A stretch of DNA of 64,000 nt from Raillietiella orientalis (Eukaryota): NCBI GenBank assembly GCA_036172245.1, contig JAYWIR010000044.1, forward strand, positions 1,364,001 through 1,428,000. The letters are read 5' to 3'. Each line of letters opens with the position of its first letter. Positions within the stretch are counted from its first letter, which is position 1. Positions 13,250-26,057 of the stretch are shown one piece after another. A program made the position numbers and the translations under genes. The notes beneath the pieces are model-generated. The model worked only from the letters and a program-made list of their open reading frames with translations. It had not been told where the DNA came from and did no database searches.

Positions 13250-13410
13250 TATGATAGAATGAAAATCTGGAGATAGAATCAAGATATGGAGATGACAGAA
13301 AGAAGATATAGAAATGTTAGGATGAAGACATGGAGATAGAATAGTAAAATAAAGAAAGGAAGAATAAACGACAGAATGAAAATGTGAAGATCGAATGATA
13401 GGCTGAAGGG
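13250..13410. repeat. Degenerate pentamer tract, (ATAGA/TCTAT)-like
   Basis: atgat agaat gaaaa ... agata gaatc ... ataga atagt aaaat; lies 3' of a possible minus-strand RLE end ('RARSAWSS', ~13640). Confidence 0.65.
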
Positions 13411-14499
13411 TGGTGCCATGGCATGTACTTTGCATTTTTGGATGATTGCCATTCATGGAAAAAGTCAAAGGGCGATTCTGAGGATTCTGCTTGGAGCGTG
13501 CCAGCTGTTCCTCGGCGCGCTGTAAGTGCCGACGGCAGCCAGTCCACCCGTCCCCAGGGCTGGACTGGCTGTCCGGCGAAGACCCCAGTTTTTCATGTGC
13601 CTCTTCTTCTCTGCTGAGAATCGTTGAGCTCCACGCGCTGCGCGCGCGCGGCCGCGCAAGAGCGCGACGGTGCACAGCGTCCGTGAACGACAGCGACGGG
13701 GCAGTCACGTCCGAGGACGTCACTGATCGAGCTACACCCATGAGGACGTGGAGGGAAAACCCGAAGGCCGTGTGTGTGGATTTTCGCCTACCAGTGCGAC
13801 AGGGTGACCATCCGTCACATCCCGGCCTCACTCTCCAGACAGCAAAAACAACGGCGCTGCGTCCGAGCGCCCGTTTTCGGCGAGCTTCCGCGGCATCCAT
13901 CACGGAGACAGTGAAAGATGAGAAGGCATCGGGAGGACTCCAGAGGTTCTTGAAAGCAAGACATCGAGAACTTTGACATCTGCTCATGGTTCCCGTTTCC
14001 TGCTGACAGCGAGCAATCCTGCTCGTCGGGGACGCAGGATTGTGAGCAGGATCATTGACGCAGGATCCTTTTTTGTCAGGGATGCGCAGCCAAGTTCCGC
14101 TTCGGGATAGCATGAAAATCCAGAAGCTGAGGAGGAACCTCGAACCCGAGGGAGCGATCAGACTGGCGATAAAAGGGGTAAAGAAGCAATTTTCGTAGGC
14201 AACCCGTGTTTGGCGGTTGTCGCAGAGCCACAGACCACATTTCTGCAGTGACCGATTCTCACTCTGAGAATGAAAACATTCCTTACCTGGCTTTTAGGTG
14301 ATCTTCGACCACTCCGATTGGGTTTACCTCTGGCGGTAACCCCAAATTTGGCTGGAAGGCCGTGCGGGCTCCTGCAATCGCTCGAAAGGGCAAGCCGTGA
14401 AGTAATAGATGAAACCCCATTTGACCCGCGAAGCGTCCCTCTGCCTCCAAACCTCCATAAAGGATAAAGTGTGAATCAGGGAGTGTGTATTTGTTTTTT

Positions 14500-14860
14500 G
14501 TATGGGTAAGAGGCTCCCACAGGCACTGACAGCACGTTGTGTGGAAGTGCCCTACCCACGGACTGGATAGTCGATGACGACCGCCACGACATTGGAGGTG
14601 TGCCGGCGTCGGCAGCATTGCAGCCAAGAATGCTGAACGCCATGGCAACCACGACGGGGAGGACGGGCCCCGCCATGTTTGAAATCGGCAGAGCAAAGAA
14701 ACCCGTATGAGATTTGAAACGTGAGGTCGACAGGGACCCTGCAGCTCGCCGTTGTGCGAGACGTCTACGTCGCTCTCCATAATGAGAATATGAGTTTCAA
14801 CAGCACGAGAGCGGGCGTCCTTTGCGCTCTCGGCTTCATGCTGTCCACTTCCCATGATGA
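14500..14860 (+). mobile_element. RLE-type element fragment
   Basis: 'HVVWKCPTH...RH' knuckle-like motif and 'LAVVRDVYVA' endonuclease-like strand. Confidence 0.4.
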
Positions 14861-14949
14861 ACTGCTCATCAAATAGGGCAATGTGCTCTACGCAAGGCTG
14901 TTTCGCGGAATGGGACAGATCTCCGCCACAGTCTTGTATTTCTAGGGCA

Positions 14950-16260
14950 TGGCTGCCTGACCAATCAGGTTATGATTGGGATTTCTTCTTCTAGTACGGA
15001 GAAGTACGGAAAGCTGGGCTTCATTACGGCATTTTCGCTGGCGAAGCGATGACCTGAATCAGTCTCTATGACGGAGCCAGAATCCTGCGAACCGTCGCCG
15101 TCGACGCTCAATTCCAACGCGTACTGGTGCAGTACCGGAGTCAGTCCACCTTTCCTGCGGGCTGCAAGTAGTTTGGGCACCGGTCAACATCTGCCCGGAG
15201 GCGGAATGTTTCAAGTGCAGCGAACTGACTCGCGACTGCTCGAGGCCACCGCAGTGCCATTACTGCAAGCTTTTGGGTCACATCAAGCGCGAATGATGGA
15301 GGAACTCAGCGAGGTTCGTAGCCCAGGGGCTTCCTCCGCTTCTTGAAATACAGAAGAAGCAGCAGCAGAAGACCCGGGTTTTATCAAGGCCAAAAGTGAA
15401 AAGAAGAACAAAAGGAAGCTGGTTGCCGAAGAGCCACCTTCTTTTCCGGAAGCGCCGGTGGACAGTTGCGTGACCGACGAGGCGGAGCAGCAGGAAGCGG
15501 CCAGACTTCCGGACAAGACGGGCAGGAGTACAAGGAGGTCCTAGTCTTCAGGGCGAGATAATGAAGAAGGCATTCAATGAAGAGCAGCGATTGCAGCTGT
15601 TGAGTCTGTGACTTTGATGAAGGCCAAACTCTCCGAGTAGGACCAATGTGTCTTCATGGCTCTGCTGAGAGGACACAAACAGCGCCTCCAAAGCAGAGGA
15701 CGGGAAAGAAAGATGAATTCTCTAATTAATCCTTGAAGGCCTGTCGTTCCCCAAGAGTATGAAGATTACTTCCTGGAACGCCAACGGAACTCGCCACCAG
15801 GAGAAAAGAACCAGGCGTATCATAAAGCATGACGAAATCCTGAGCCTACAGGAGACCCACGAGATAGGCCAGCAGATCCTGCCTCAAACTCGAGAGACGC
15901 CCAGATGCCCAGCTGTCCGGTGGTGTCTGTTCGGACATTCAGGTACACTCTGCAAAAGCTGTACATTAATGACTGCATTTCCACAAAGTGGCGGTCCACA
16001 AGTGAACAGAGTTAGGTCGGAACACCGGAATGCGACGTCCTGCGTGGACTTGGGCGACACGTGCAGTGTTTTGCACATGATGCTAAGATCCGGTCGAAAG
16101 TGTGTTAAAGCCTCCGATGCGTTTTGTCAGGAAGAGGGGAAAACAATCGTTTGCATCTGAGATCACCCCATGGCTTGTAGGACTAAGCAAAATGGACATC
16201 GTAGACAAAGGCTTTTCTTCGCCCCAGGGAAGTTGGTTTTTCTTCATCAGGCCAAACCTG
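14950..16260 (+). mobile_element. Tx1/L1-like element: ORF1 CCHC knuckles followed by ORF2 APE endonuclease start
   Basis: From 15192: CPEAECFKCSELTRDCSRPPQCHYCKLLGHIKRE*; ORF at 15759: MKITSWNANG...ILSLQETH...LGD. Confidence 0.85.
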
Positions 16261-16689
16261 CCTCTTTGCTCCTGGACCTTTGGCGCTGCACGGGCGAAAC
16301 ACTGCTGAGGCGGCGGCTTCTTCGAGCGCGTGTGCCACTGGGATTCGAACTCGCGACATGCTGGTCAGAACTGGATGCAGAAGAGGAATTGTCCGCAGTT
16401 CCCATCGTCTGCTCAGTCAGTCCAGCTTCGTTCACGGCAGATGTGAGTGCAATGGTTGAATGTGTGCTCTTTACTGAAAGAAAGCTCACACGAGTCTCTT
16501 CCTGCCGTTTCAACTCCCAGCTTCCCTCTCGACTCCGGGCTTTTCGTCATTGCATCCTCATCGATTGTTGGAGTTTCAGAGCTGCCGGGAAGCAAACGCT
16601 GGTGACCTTCTGAAGACGCAACCATGTGGGTCCGTGCTCCATCGTTCGCAAGTCATCTAGCCTGTACGTTCCGTAAGTGTATCTGGCTA

Positions 16690-17490
16690 CCATGGATGCT
16701 GAACATCAATATGCTGGCCGGTTCCCTTCATGGCTGCTGTACCCAACATAAACCATGGCCGACACATCCATTGGATGCATAGAATGCGACATCCTACCGA
16801 TGGAAAAGACGAACAGGACATCCGAGAGCAGGGGACAAATGTGTACGGAGGATTCTTGAAGGCAGTATCATAGCATCATGCGAGAGGAGCAAGAGGATGG
16901 ACAGGAAGAAGGAGAAGCTGCTCGAGTCGAAGGGAGAGTGCAGAGAACTAACTAGACCTCTCTTCGTAACCCCTGAGTTCAGTCCGCAAAACGGCAAGTT
17001 CTCCCGCGTTCCTGGAATTTCGCACTACATGTCGCCATTGTAGCGACTGTCGAGATGCCCATTGTCTGATGGTGACCACGGGATCCTCCTACAAACTGGC
17101 GCTTGGCTTCCTGAGAGAGAAAGACAGTGCTTCCCATATTTTGTTCGGCTCTTTTTCGTGAGCCTTCTTGCATGCCGTCGATGTGCAGCACGGGTCGAGC
17201 ATGATCGCATGGCTGCTGGCCATCGTCGGATGCTCACCCTCTCGATGCAGTCGCCATCCTACTCTTCCGAGGAGTCGTGTTTCCTGGTGCAGACTCAAAA
17301 GTGAGCTTGAAAGACGCTTGAAAGTCCTCGACAGCTTCCGGTTTCCGGCGGCCTCATGAAGATGGACGTGTGCCTCGGCTGGTGCTCGAAAGGCCAGGTG
17401 AGCAGAAGGCCAAGAGGAGTAGTGTGCGTCAACTTACTGTCCGCAGAGCGCAGGTGGTGCCCATTGCTAAGGGGATCCCTGAAATCCCAG
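16690..17490 (-). repeat. Inverted repeat 1, right arm
   Basis: Reverse complement of ~10880-11730; core ~16727-17395 nearly identical. Confidence 0.9.
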
Positions 17491-17499
17491 AGGAGCAGG

Positions 17500-18230
17500 A
17501 GGCGCTCCGCAGGTCAGGGTGTTCTTTGGTCACGGATCCCCTGGATTCGCTGGGCAGGAGACATAATCTCGTCATATGCAGAGATGGAAGGCTGTTTTTT
17601 TCATGCGTCCTCAGGAGATTATGAATGCCTTTGGTTCTTGGTTGTAGATTTCCAGAGAAACTCGTGCTCTACCAGATCCGCTTGGTGGCGATTTGCAGTT
17701 TTTTCTTCGTCACCACCTCGTCGGGAGCTTCCCGGTGAGGAGACGTCGTCATCCACTCTGAAGGATTCTTCTCCGTAGGGGATTCTCAAGGGGACTCTCG
17801 CTCCTGTCTGCTCCTCTGAAGAGAATCCCGAAGAGACGCTTTCGAAATTTTTGAGAAGGACGCTCCTCGAAGGGGACGGCACGCTCCTCTGAACTCTGAA
17901 GAGGTACCACACCTACTCTATGGTGCGAGACGGAGGGTCCCCTTTGAAGGGGAAATGGGGGATCCACTCCTTCGCACAACCGGAGGAGAACCCCCACTCC
18001 TTGATTCTGTTTCTTGGAAGGACTCGAATGTCGACTCCCGTTGTACTGGCCACTCATAGAGGGCATCCCGTCTTGACAGTGCCGCATCAGAATAAAGGCT
18101 AGCCAGCGTCATTTTGCATGAGGAACTCGAACCCAGGGCGCACCCATTGCTTGGCATGAACTCCTCCCTGGGTGAGATTCGAACCCTCGACGCTCGGTGC
18201 CACTCGCGGACACCGCCGTGCACGGAATGT
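17500..18230 (-). mobile_element. Family B 3' region (C-terminus and spacer)
   Basis: ggcaccgagcgtcgagggttcgaatc (KRRGFE-type block), 'KMTLA' and the conserved gagacggaggg...ctccttcgcacaac...tccttga block. Confidence 0.75.
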
Positions 18231-18399
18231 TTTTAGTTTGCTGCCGAAGTTAGTAAGTCTGTTGCTTGAGTTGGAAGGGGGAGAAACTCGACTCTTGTGG
18301 CGCGTTTCCTATTCACTCACCTCAAACGAACTTGAGTTGGTTTGAACTGGGAGAGCTTACGCTGGCCAAAACCCCTTCAAACCGCTCATGAGGTCACTG

Positions 18400-19050
18400 G
18401 GAAGTAGCCACGAAACGGCGCTGCATTACTCTTGTCATGAATTCCTTTCCTTTTGAAGATCCTTCAAGGGTAGCTGAGATGTGGCTGCATCAGAAATCGG
18501 ATACGCCTCAACTGTCTGGTCCTTCATCCAGAAATCGGGAATCAGGGTGATTTTATGTTACACGGCAGCAGATAACGAGAACCCCACGCAAAGGACCAGT
18601 GGAACGAATTGACAGCCCTTAAATCCTCGCCCAAATGACCGCTGCGATTGAGAGGGGCTTCTGTACATTTTGCTCTTCAAACTTTCATTCCCCATTACAA
18701 GCGTTTGAGGATTTGCACCGCGCTTCTCACCCCACCCGCCCATCCCATGTGGCAGCACTCTCGCGCGCTGCCAGGTAAGGCCAGTAAGCCTCCTCGAACG
18801 CCAGCATCGAGGAAAGAGGAGATGCTTGTTCTCCAAGTTGATCTGGGCGCGGCAAAGTCCACGCGTTCCCTCAGCTGCTGCGGTACAGCGGTGGTCTCCA
18901 CTGCAGCGGGAAGGAAAGCCGTGCGGCGGCCCCACCACCGGAGCCAGGCGGCCATGCAGAAGCCCCCTTAGGGGGCTTCTGCAAATCTGCCTCAAGAAAG
19001 GCGGTTCCAGGGAATATGTGAGGTTATACGCTGCGTGACGTGAGAGGGAC
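18400..19050 (-). mobile_element. Possible RLE-type 3' relic
   Basis: 'AWLRWWG..AFLP...ETT', then 'QFVPLVLCVG' in the position expected for the terminal RLE strand; weak. Confidence 0.35.
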
Positions 19051-19810
19051 ATCGGAATTTGCAATAAGCCGATGTCGCTAGCATGACGCGCTCAGGATAC
19101 AGAAGAATAACGAGCGATCCCATACTCTTCCTCTCGTGCTTGTTTTTTTTTTTTTCTTCATTCATCAACAGACCATGCAAGCGGCGTTGCATTGGGCAGG
19201 CTCCACGGCCGCGGTCGCCTACCCTCTTCTCTCAAGCAGCACTGGATTACGTGGTTTGATCGGTTTATCCATAAGACCTGGTCCCGTTCCTTTTTCTCTT
19301 CTTGGCGCACCTCACATGCCTGGTCTTGGGTCATCTGCCCTTTCGAGCGAGCTCCTTCATCTGCCTTAGGAAACGGCGCTGTTTTCTTGCTCACTCTTCT
19401 TCAGCGTTTCGGTCTCCTGTCGCGGCCGAAACTCGCCTTCCTGAATTCTGTGTTGCTTAGGAATGACTGTCCCATCCTACGTCCATTTTCATGATTGAGA
19501 AAACAAAGCAGTGCATCCGCCGATTCACTTCATTTTTGTGACACCGCGTACGTGCTTTCATGAACAAATTCCAAGGAGTACAGAGCATGAGACCTGGCGC
19601 CTACTCGCTTCTCACGCTTCCCACGAAACAGGATGGAGCGTGAGGGATGACGCTACGGTCGTTTCGAGTGACGGTGGCACTCTTCAAGTCGAGCTGCACA
19701 AAGTGGAAGACTTTTGGGTCATGCGCAACCATGACCCAGAAGCCAATCAATTTATACACGCGCGTAGGATCGTAGGGCCTGCCTAGGTAGATGAGCTTCG
19801 AACGGCTAGG

Positions 19811-20100
19811 TTTGTCACCCGAGTCTGCCCATTTATTATAAAAAATTATTATAAAAGTCGTCTACATTACAGATTAGTGGTTGAACACTTGGTTCTACCA
19901 CGCGCGAAGGACTTGCCAAAATCCGGTACTCAGAGCGGTGAGGTCCGTTCCATCGGCGGTAAAAAAAAGAGGAAACAAAGGGGAGGAATTTGTTAGGGAG
20001 GGTAGAGTAGGGAAGGGAACACTGTTTCCCTGGAGGAGTCCTCTGCATTCCTTTTAGGATGCCAGGAAGTGCTGTTTAGGCATTACCCAGGTAGGGCAAT
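19811..20100 (-). mobile_element. Family A 3' UTR and terminus
   Basis: Sense-strand aataaatgggcagactcgggtgacaaa (partly deleted terminal motif) preceded by a pyrimidine-rich UTR. Confidence 0.55.
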
Positions 20101-20799
20101 CTCGGCGCAGTCCTCAAAAAGATCGTCGTCCAGTAAATGGCGTTCCTGACATTTTGCCCTCTGCTTGTCGCGTGCCAGCATGCTACAAATCCACGGACAC
20201 AGCAGATAATTGCTCAAGACTCTGCTGACGACAGATCGGTACTCCGGAGGAGGCATCGAAAAATGTCCCTTGGTTCGCCCTCCAGTTTTCCTAGGATCGT
20301 CGAGGGACGATTCCAAAGTGGTCGAAGGGCAAAACGGTCTTCCAATAAGTGCGGAAGGTCTCCTTCTCGTCGCACTTTGTACAATGGGCATCGAAGCTCT
20401 TCCAATCCTCTCCAGCAGCAGTGCGTTCGACCTCTTAGTCCCTGATGATGGGATCACCGCGATCCATCTAGAATGCCATGAGCCCCCAACTGCATCCGTT
20501 ATATGAGGAAACCGTGGACTCCTGCAGAGAGAAAGTTCGCCTGCCGGATAACCGAGGTTATCGAGGCTCAATGGGAAATGACCTCGCCTGGTGGACAAGA
20601 CCAATCCCGAAGACCTTGCTCGGGGCCCGCGAGGATGAGCGAAGTTTCTCTGCACTCCCTTAGGAAACGTCGAAACTTCTGGATTCCCGAACTACATCAC
20701 CGCGATTTCCTGAAGAGGCGCTTTTCCCAGAATGGGGGGATGAAAAAATGAAAAAATAAGGGAGGGAAGCGGCAGAAGTACTCTAGACAGCGGCCCGTT

Positions 20800-21660
20800 C
20801 CTGCATGACGGAATTTGCCGTCGAGGAAAGGGCCGAGAGCCAACTCGGCCTTCCAAGCCCCACCTTGGCTACTCTGCGCCATCGAGTAAGTGGGGAAACA
20901 CCTAGCCCGGTGCACTACGAAAGTTCTGGTCAACTCCCTGCTTCCAGGAAAAGCGCTTTCCTGGCGTGGGCTAGATCTCTGAATGTGACCTCGGAGGGAC
21001 TCTACTGTCCTTCCCATGCGGCGACAACATGATCTGGTTATGTTCTTGCGTCCGGGTTTCCTCTGAAACAAACGCATGCACCACGTGATGAGGGAAACTG
21101 TTTCTGCATATTGCGCCAGGAACTGCCAGTGAGCTGCAGAGTCATCGGTCCTTTGTGGGGGAGGCTCCTTGATCCAAAAAAAACGCCGGCTGAACTGCTG
21201 CGCCGCTTCTTCACGCGAGAAGATATCTCGCCTGCCGCCGTGACCACAACCTTGTGCTGCGTTTGCCAGCATCTTCATGGCCCGGTACTTCTCGCTGGAG
21301 CGGCACCAGAGGCAGCGAAAGGCTGCCTGCACTGGCTATGGCCTTCCTGAAGAACGCAAGCAGGCATCCTCGCCTGAAACCGGAAGTCAGCAGGAAAATC
21401 ACTAACCTCGCACGGAGGCTGTAGAAGAGAATCAGCAATCTCGGTGTTCCCATTCTTATCGAGCAATTATTTATTTGTTTATCCCTGTCCCCAATCAATG
21501 CTGCGGATAATTTCTTCTTTTGTCCTGCGAGTAGGAGACCCCCTACTGTTGAGCTTCCTCTCGTTTGTTTGTCTGTTTTGACTCCCAAGGAACTCCCTGT
21601 TCCTTATTTTTTTGCGACTTTAATCAAAAAAGAAATGCCTTGCTGCAACCGGGTGAAAAA
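20800..21660 (+). mobile_element. Family A L1/Tx1-like 3' fragment
   Basis: C-terminus 'LAMAFLKNASRHPRLKPEVSRKITNLARRL*' and terminal motif aagaaatgccttgctgcaaccgggtgaaaaa (21630-21660). Confidence 0.75.
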
Positions 21661-22090
21661 AGCCTTCTGAAGGCAGGCCTACCTCGCTTCTGCTGCGCAG
21701 AAGTCGCCAAACGGAACGCCAAGGTTTGAAGCACCTGCTCGTGGAGATCCCCAGGCGGAACCAGTCGGTCTGCCCTCCCACAACGCACCCACTGGTACGA
21801 CCATACACTTCATTCTGTTGATGCTCATGCCCGCATCCTGATGGATCAGCTCAAAGAAGTCCTCCAACCTAGATGCCGCGGTGGACTCGGGCAGCAGGAG
21901 AAGCAGGTCTTCCTCTCAGGCTGTCATGGACTGCGTTCCCGAGCAGGAGCTAACCACTTTGGCCAGAGTCAAACTGTACTCCTTTAGCACCAACTCAAAG
22001 TATAGTGAAGGGCAGGCGCCTCAGCGCACGGCAACGCCCGTACACGTTACGGCAGCTGAAATAAGAACTGCAGTGGAAGTCTGAAATGCT
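21661..22090 (-). mobile_element. L1/Tx1-like RT fragment
   Basis: 'YFELVLKEY...EEDLLLLLP...LEDFFELIHQDAGMSINRMKCMVVPVG', homologous to the RT at 59099-59383. Confidence 0.8.
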
Positions 22091-23089
22091 ACCGAGTAAT
22101 GAAGTGTCTTTTCTGCATGCGTGAGTAACTGGGAACCCTTTGCTGCTTGGTCGGCGGCGAGGGAAAGAACGCTTTCCGAGACCCTGGCACTCTCCAGATC
22201 CTGTGTGGAAAAATAGGTCCAGCCGACACGCGTAACTGAATCGGATGTGCTCTAAACGGAGAGCAGAACACTGTTGTGACCACTCTGATAACTCTTTACA
22301 GTAGAACGTTGGGAAGGCAATCGTGAAGAAAGTCGGAAGAAAGTTCAAACAACCCAGTTCTGCTGAGGCAAGAAAGAGCTGATTCCAGAGCTGAATCTGT
22401 TTGCCTGTCCTTCTCTGGTGTAGGTGAGAAGATGAACTCTTAAGGGCCAGAGGCAATAAAGATGCCATAAAGTTCGATATTGTGGATGAGAGAAGCGGAT
22501 GTGGTGGTTTCGAAGCCATCTGAGGAGAGGAGGCCAAGCGTATGGATTGAGGTCAGGAGCCATTGTTGCATGAAAGTTTGCAAAAATTTGATTTCCATCC
22601 TCGAGGATCGATGGGTCTTCAGTCCCCTGATTGTCATCCTCTTCGGACGTGGTGCAGAATCAGCACCTGAGGTAAATGTGATCACCTTTCCAACTGCTCG
22701 TTGGAGCGCCCGACCAAGGGACAAAGTATGGCTCATCTCAGCGAGTGACAGTTTGGGATGACTTAGTTAGCGATGCCCTTTCTCTGGCGTTTGCGTGAGA
22801 ACGCCCATCCGATGTACCTCTCAAGTCATCGCGTCACTCCGGACTGTTCCAAGGACTTTCTTGCATCTGTAGGTATTGCGTATCCACGCCTTATCTCCTG
22901 CAAGAACCACATTCGCATGAGTGGCTGGTAGACCTTTCCTTAAGATGGAATCACACGAAAGGTTGGTAATCAGGTCAAGATCGGGAAAGTCGAAGCGCAC
23001 GATTGCTGTCTCCAAGTGTACAAAGAGCATCGCATCTTCCTCTCGTAGATGCACAACAATCTCCGCAGAAATTTCGTGACCGAGTAGGC

Positions 23090-24000
23090 CACCTTGGGGG
23101 AAACAAAGAATCCCTACTTCCTAGAGAACACCTTCCGTGTCTGTTCCGGGAGTTCTCTCGAGATCTTCTCCGGCCGTCGGGAAGGGTCAGGACGTTTGTC
23201 TGAGAGACTGCAGGAGGACGCTTGCAATCCGTCTGGACCGCCTGGCTTTCTGGTGCTGGAAGTGGACTCGAAGATGCTCTTCGCGTCCGGAAGGCAGCAA
23301 GATGTCTGTGCGGAGTGCCTGATGTCAGAATACGCTCGGAAGGGACGGCGCAAATAGGGACAACGATAGCGGTACAGGAGTGGTGCTGTGAGCAGTGCCT
23401 TCCACAGGAAGGTGATTGGTCTGTCTACGAGCCGCGCACGGTGGCGATCCCCAGTGAAAAGTTCTTTGAGCTGCTGCGTTGTTTCATTGGTAGTGGCGGG
23501 CACAAAAGCCATCTTCCGCTTTCTTCTTCGTCGAGGAATTGCAGCGCGGTAGGGGAGGCGGGAAGCTTCCTGCCTCCTGTGACCCTAAGCGACAGTCTGC
23601 ACAGTCCACCTTACGGACTCTCCGGAAAGCGGGAGGTTGCAATCGCGGACAAAGCGGATGGCGCCGCATCCGCGATCACGTGGCTACAAGGTTTCCTGAC
23701 CACTACACCCTGCAGATGTAGCTGCTATGTTGGATGCTGGGACGACCCCATCGTCTCTCCGAACTGCTTCGACCAGATGTCGTCCGTACTTGGAGGGCAT
23801 TGCTGCTCTGAGGACGTGGTGCGATCCATGAGATTGTCGTCGGGTCATCGGGAGATCACTGGCATTTTACAAACCTCGGAAATTGCCGAGGAAAGTCTTC
23901 CAGGTGCAAAAGTGCCGTTCAATACCGATTCTGGAGGTTCAGAGATGCTATTTCCTAGCTGCCTACCGCGCGCCGAAGATTGGCGGGCGCATGGAGATGC
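23090..24000 (-). mobile_element. L1-like ORF2 endonuclease/linker relic
   Basis: ORF 23114-23512 contains 'RKPGGPDGL' (KAPGPDG motif preceding RT). Confidence 0.5.
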
Positions 24001-25499
24001 CAGCGTTGGTTCCACTTCCAGTTCCAGCTAACACTTCAGTGGTAGCCTGCGAAAGTTAACCTGCACTTCCACTTTTCCCAGCTTCGGCATGTTGGGTTCT
24101 GCTCTATGACAGGGGATCAACGGGTTTTTTAAACGCACCCGGGACATTGATAGGCAGCGCAAGGCTGCTTGGACAATTCTTTCCGTCTTTTTTTCGCATC
24201 GTAGGGAAGGGGTCAAGCAAAATCCAGAGGCAGAAGTAAGGGGACGAATAAAGAACTTCAAATTGCGGCGCGAGGTGGAAAGAAGGAGGAAAAGAGGAAA
24301 ATGAGGTTTTGGCAGGAGAAACTGTCCAGCATTCGGAAGGTATTGAAAGATTTCTCCCCCTTCTGAAAGCACTTAAACAGCCCTTTTGTGACGCAGAAAT
24401 CTCCCATGAGTACATCAACATAGTAGACGGTGCGACTCATGAGGTCCTTCAACAAATGCAGCCCATTTTACCATCCCAGGCCGCACCAACAGGATGCACG
24501 CTCGACTTTGTCCTTTCGACTCGCATGTCCGCTCTCCGACAAACATGGCGGACGTATTTTGTCGGCGCTCCAAGACCACGAGTGAGTGCCTGGTTTAAGC
24601 AATTCTGAGTGATGAATTTGGTGTGGTGGCTGGAAGATGGCAGGAATGGGATAGAACTCGCGGTTAACTAGGGAGCAAGGAGAGGGAAGAAATGCGTCAC
24701 CTTTCCCAATAAAGACGGAGGCAGTTGCCTCCTGATACCCCATGGACTGAAAGACGTGGAGTCAGATGGTTACCACTTCGACTCCCGCAGAGCAGGCAGG
24801 ATCAAGGGTCTACTTGTCCCATCTGATCCTCCCATATAGGATAAACCGTCTAGGACTGGATTTAGCTGCTCACTCCTTCACAGATAGGCTGAGCAGAATC
24901 AGCGTTTACAAAGGAGCAGGAAGGCTTCCTTTTGACTAGAGGGGCTCCATTCTTAGAACTGACTTGCAAACAAGCAAGTCCCTCTCAACGACTTCTGAAT
25001 GGACCCGTTGCCGTCACAAACCTGTTCCCTACATTTGAGGGTTTGTTTGGGGGCAGTACGCTCCACCGTTCCTGAAGGGAAGAGCTTTCCCTCTTGGATG
25101 AAGCTCCACGAAGATTGCGCCGAGCTGTGGTCTCCTAGAAAGCAAGAGTGTTTAGCCACTGCAACAAAATGGAGCATCCAAAGAGAAGACGTTTCGAAAT
25201 AAGCTGCGGACTGATGGACTGCATGAAAAGCGTGTGTCCAGAAAGACTCGTGCGTGACACTCTGGGAGCAGAAATGAAGAGGAAAAAAAACAGATCGCGC
25301 ACCGAACGGTTCTCCAGAAATAAAAAACAAGAAGCAGCAATAGGGACTGAGTATGCTCCCAACCAGCCGAGGAATCGGCAGATGCTTCCGAAAAAGGGGA
25401 GGAAGGAATGATGATGTGGGATAGGAGGTAATAGCACGCAGAAAGGATGGAGTAGAGAAAGCACCAGTAATGAAGAGATCAGGACGCTGGGGCTATCCT

Positions 25500-26057
25500 G
25501 CAGCACTACGATCTGCCGCTAGCCGGCAATCGAGGCCAAGCCCGAAGAGGTGGAGAACGCCACCAGCGATGGCGCAATGGAATTAACGATCAATACAAAC
25601 GAAGATCACGACGCTGCTGCCCTCTTCCCGAAACACGAGGAGGTGGCGGCAACTTGTCAAAAAGAGAAAGCCGAAAGGAAGGCCGCGATGTCGCAGAAGC
25701 ACGAAGAACCACCAGAAGCGGCGAGGAGGAACGCATCCGCTCCAGGAAAGGAATGCATCCTCCGCGAAAGACGGAAGCGTGCTGACGAGTTCCCGGGAAT
25801 CGTTCGTTGAAGAAACATGGTGAGAGAGAGGCAAAGGAAGGAAATGTCCGTCCTTCCACATCCCCTTCCCTTCTGACTAACGAGCTGGAGTCGACCCGCC
25901 CTCTTCCCAGAGGGTACTCGCCTCTTGCCTGCATGGCCTGTTGGAACATCAATGGGCTGCGCAACGACCTCAAGAGACGAGATGTAGCCCTGATTTCCTT
26001 CGATCCGACGCCCTTCCAAGAGATTCACACATGTCTCGGCGGAAGAAGTCCAGAAAA
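25500..26057 (+). mobile_element. Tx1/L1-like ORF1 tail and ORF2 APE start
   Basis: Charged low-complexity frame, then 'MACWNINGLRNDLKRR...FQEIH'. Confidence 0.7.

Noticed and set aside
13205..14113. 302-aa ORF as a host gene
   Set aside because: It crosses unrelated repeat pieces and a low-complexity pentamer tract; no coherent domain.
10880..17490. IR1 or IR2 as terminal inverted repeats of an autonomous DNA transposon
   Set aside because: The arms derive from retroelement coding sequence, have ragged ends, and enclose no transposase.
17810..17850. CTGAAGA...GAAA hammerhead-like core
   Set aside because: No convincing stems I/III; it is one of the decayed CTTCGG spacer repeats read on the antisense strand.
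23222..24031. 269-aa plus-strand ORF
   Set aside because: Antisense shadow of a minus-strand LINE endonuclease/linker relic.
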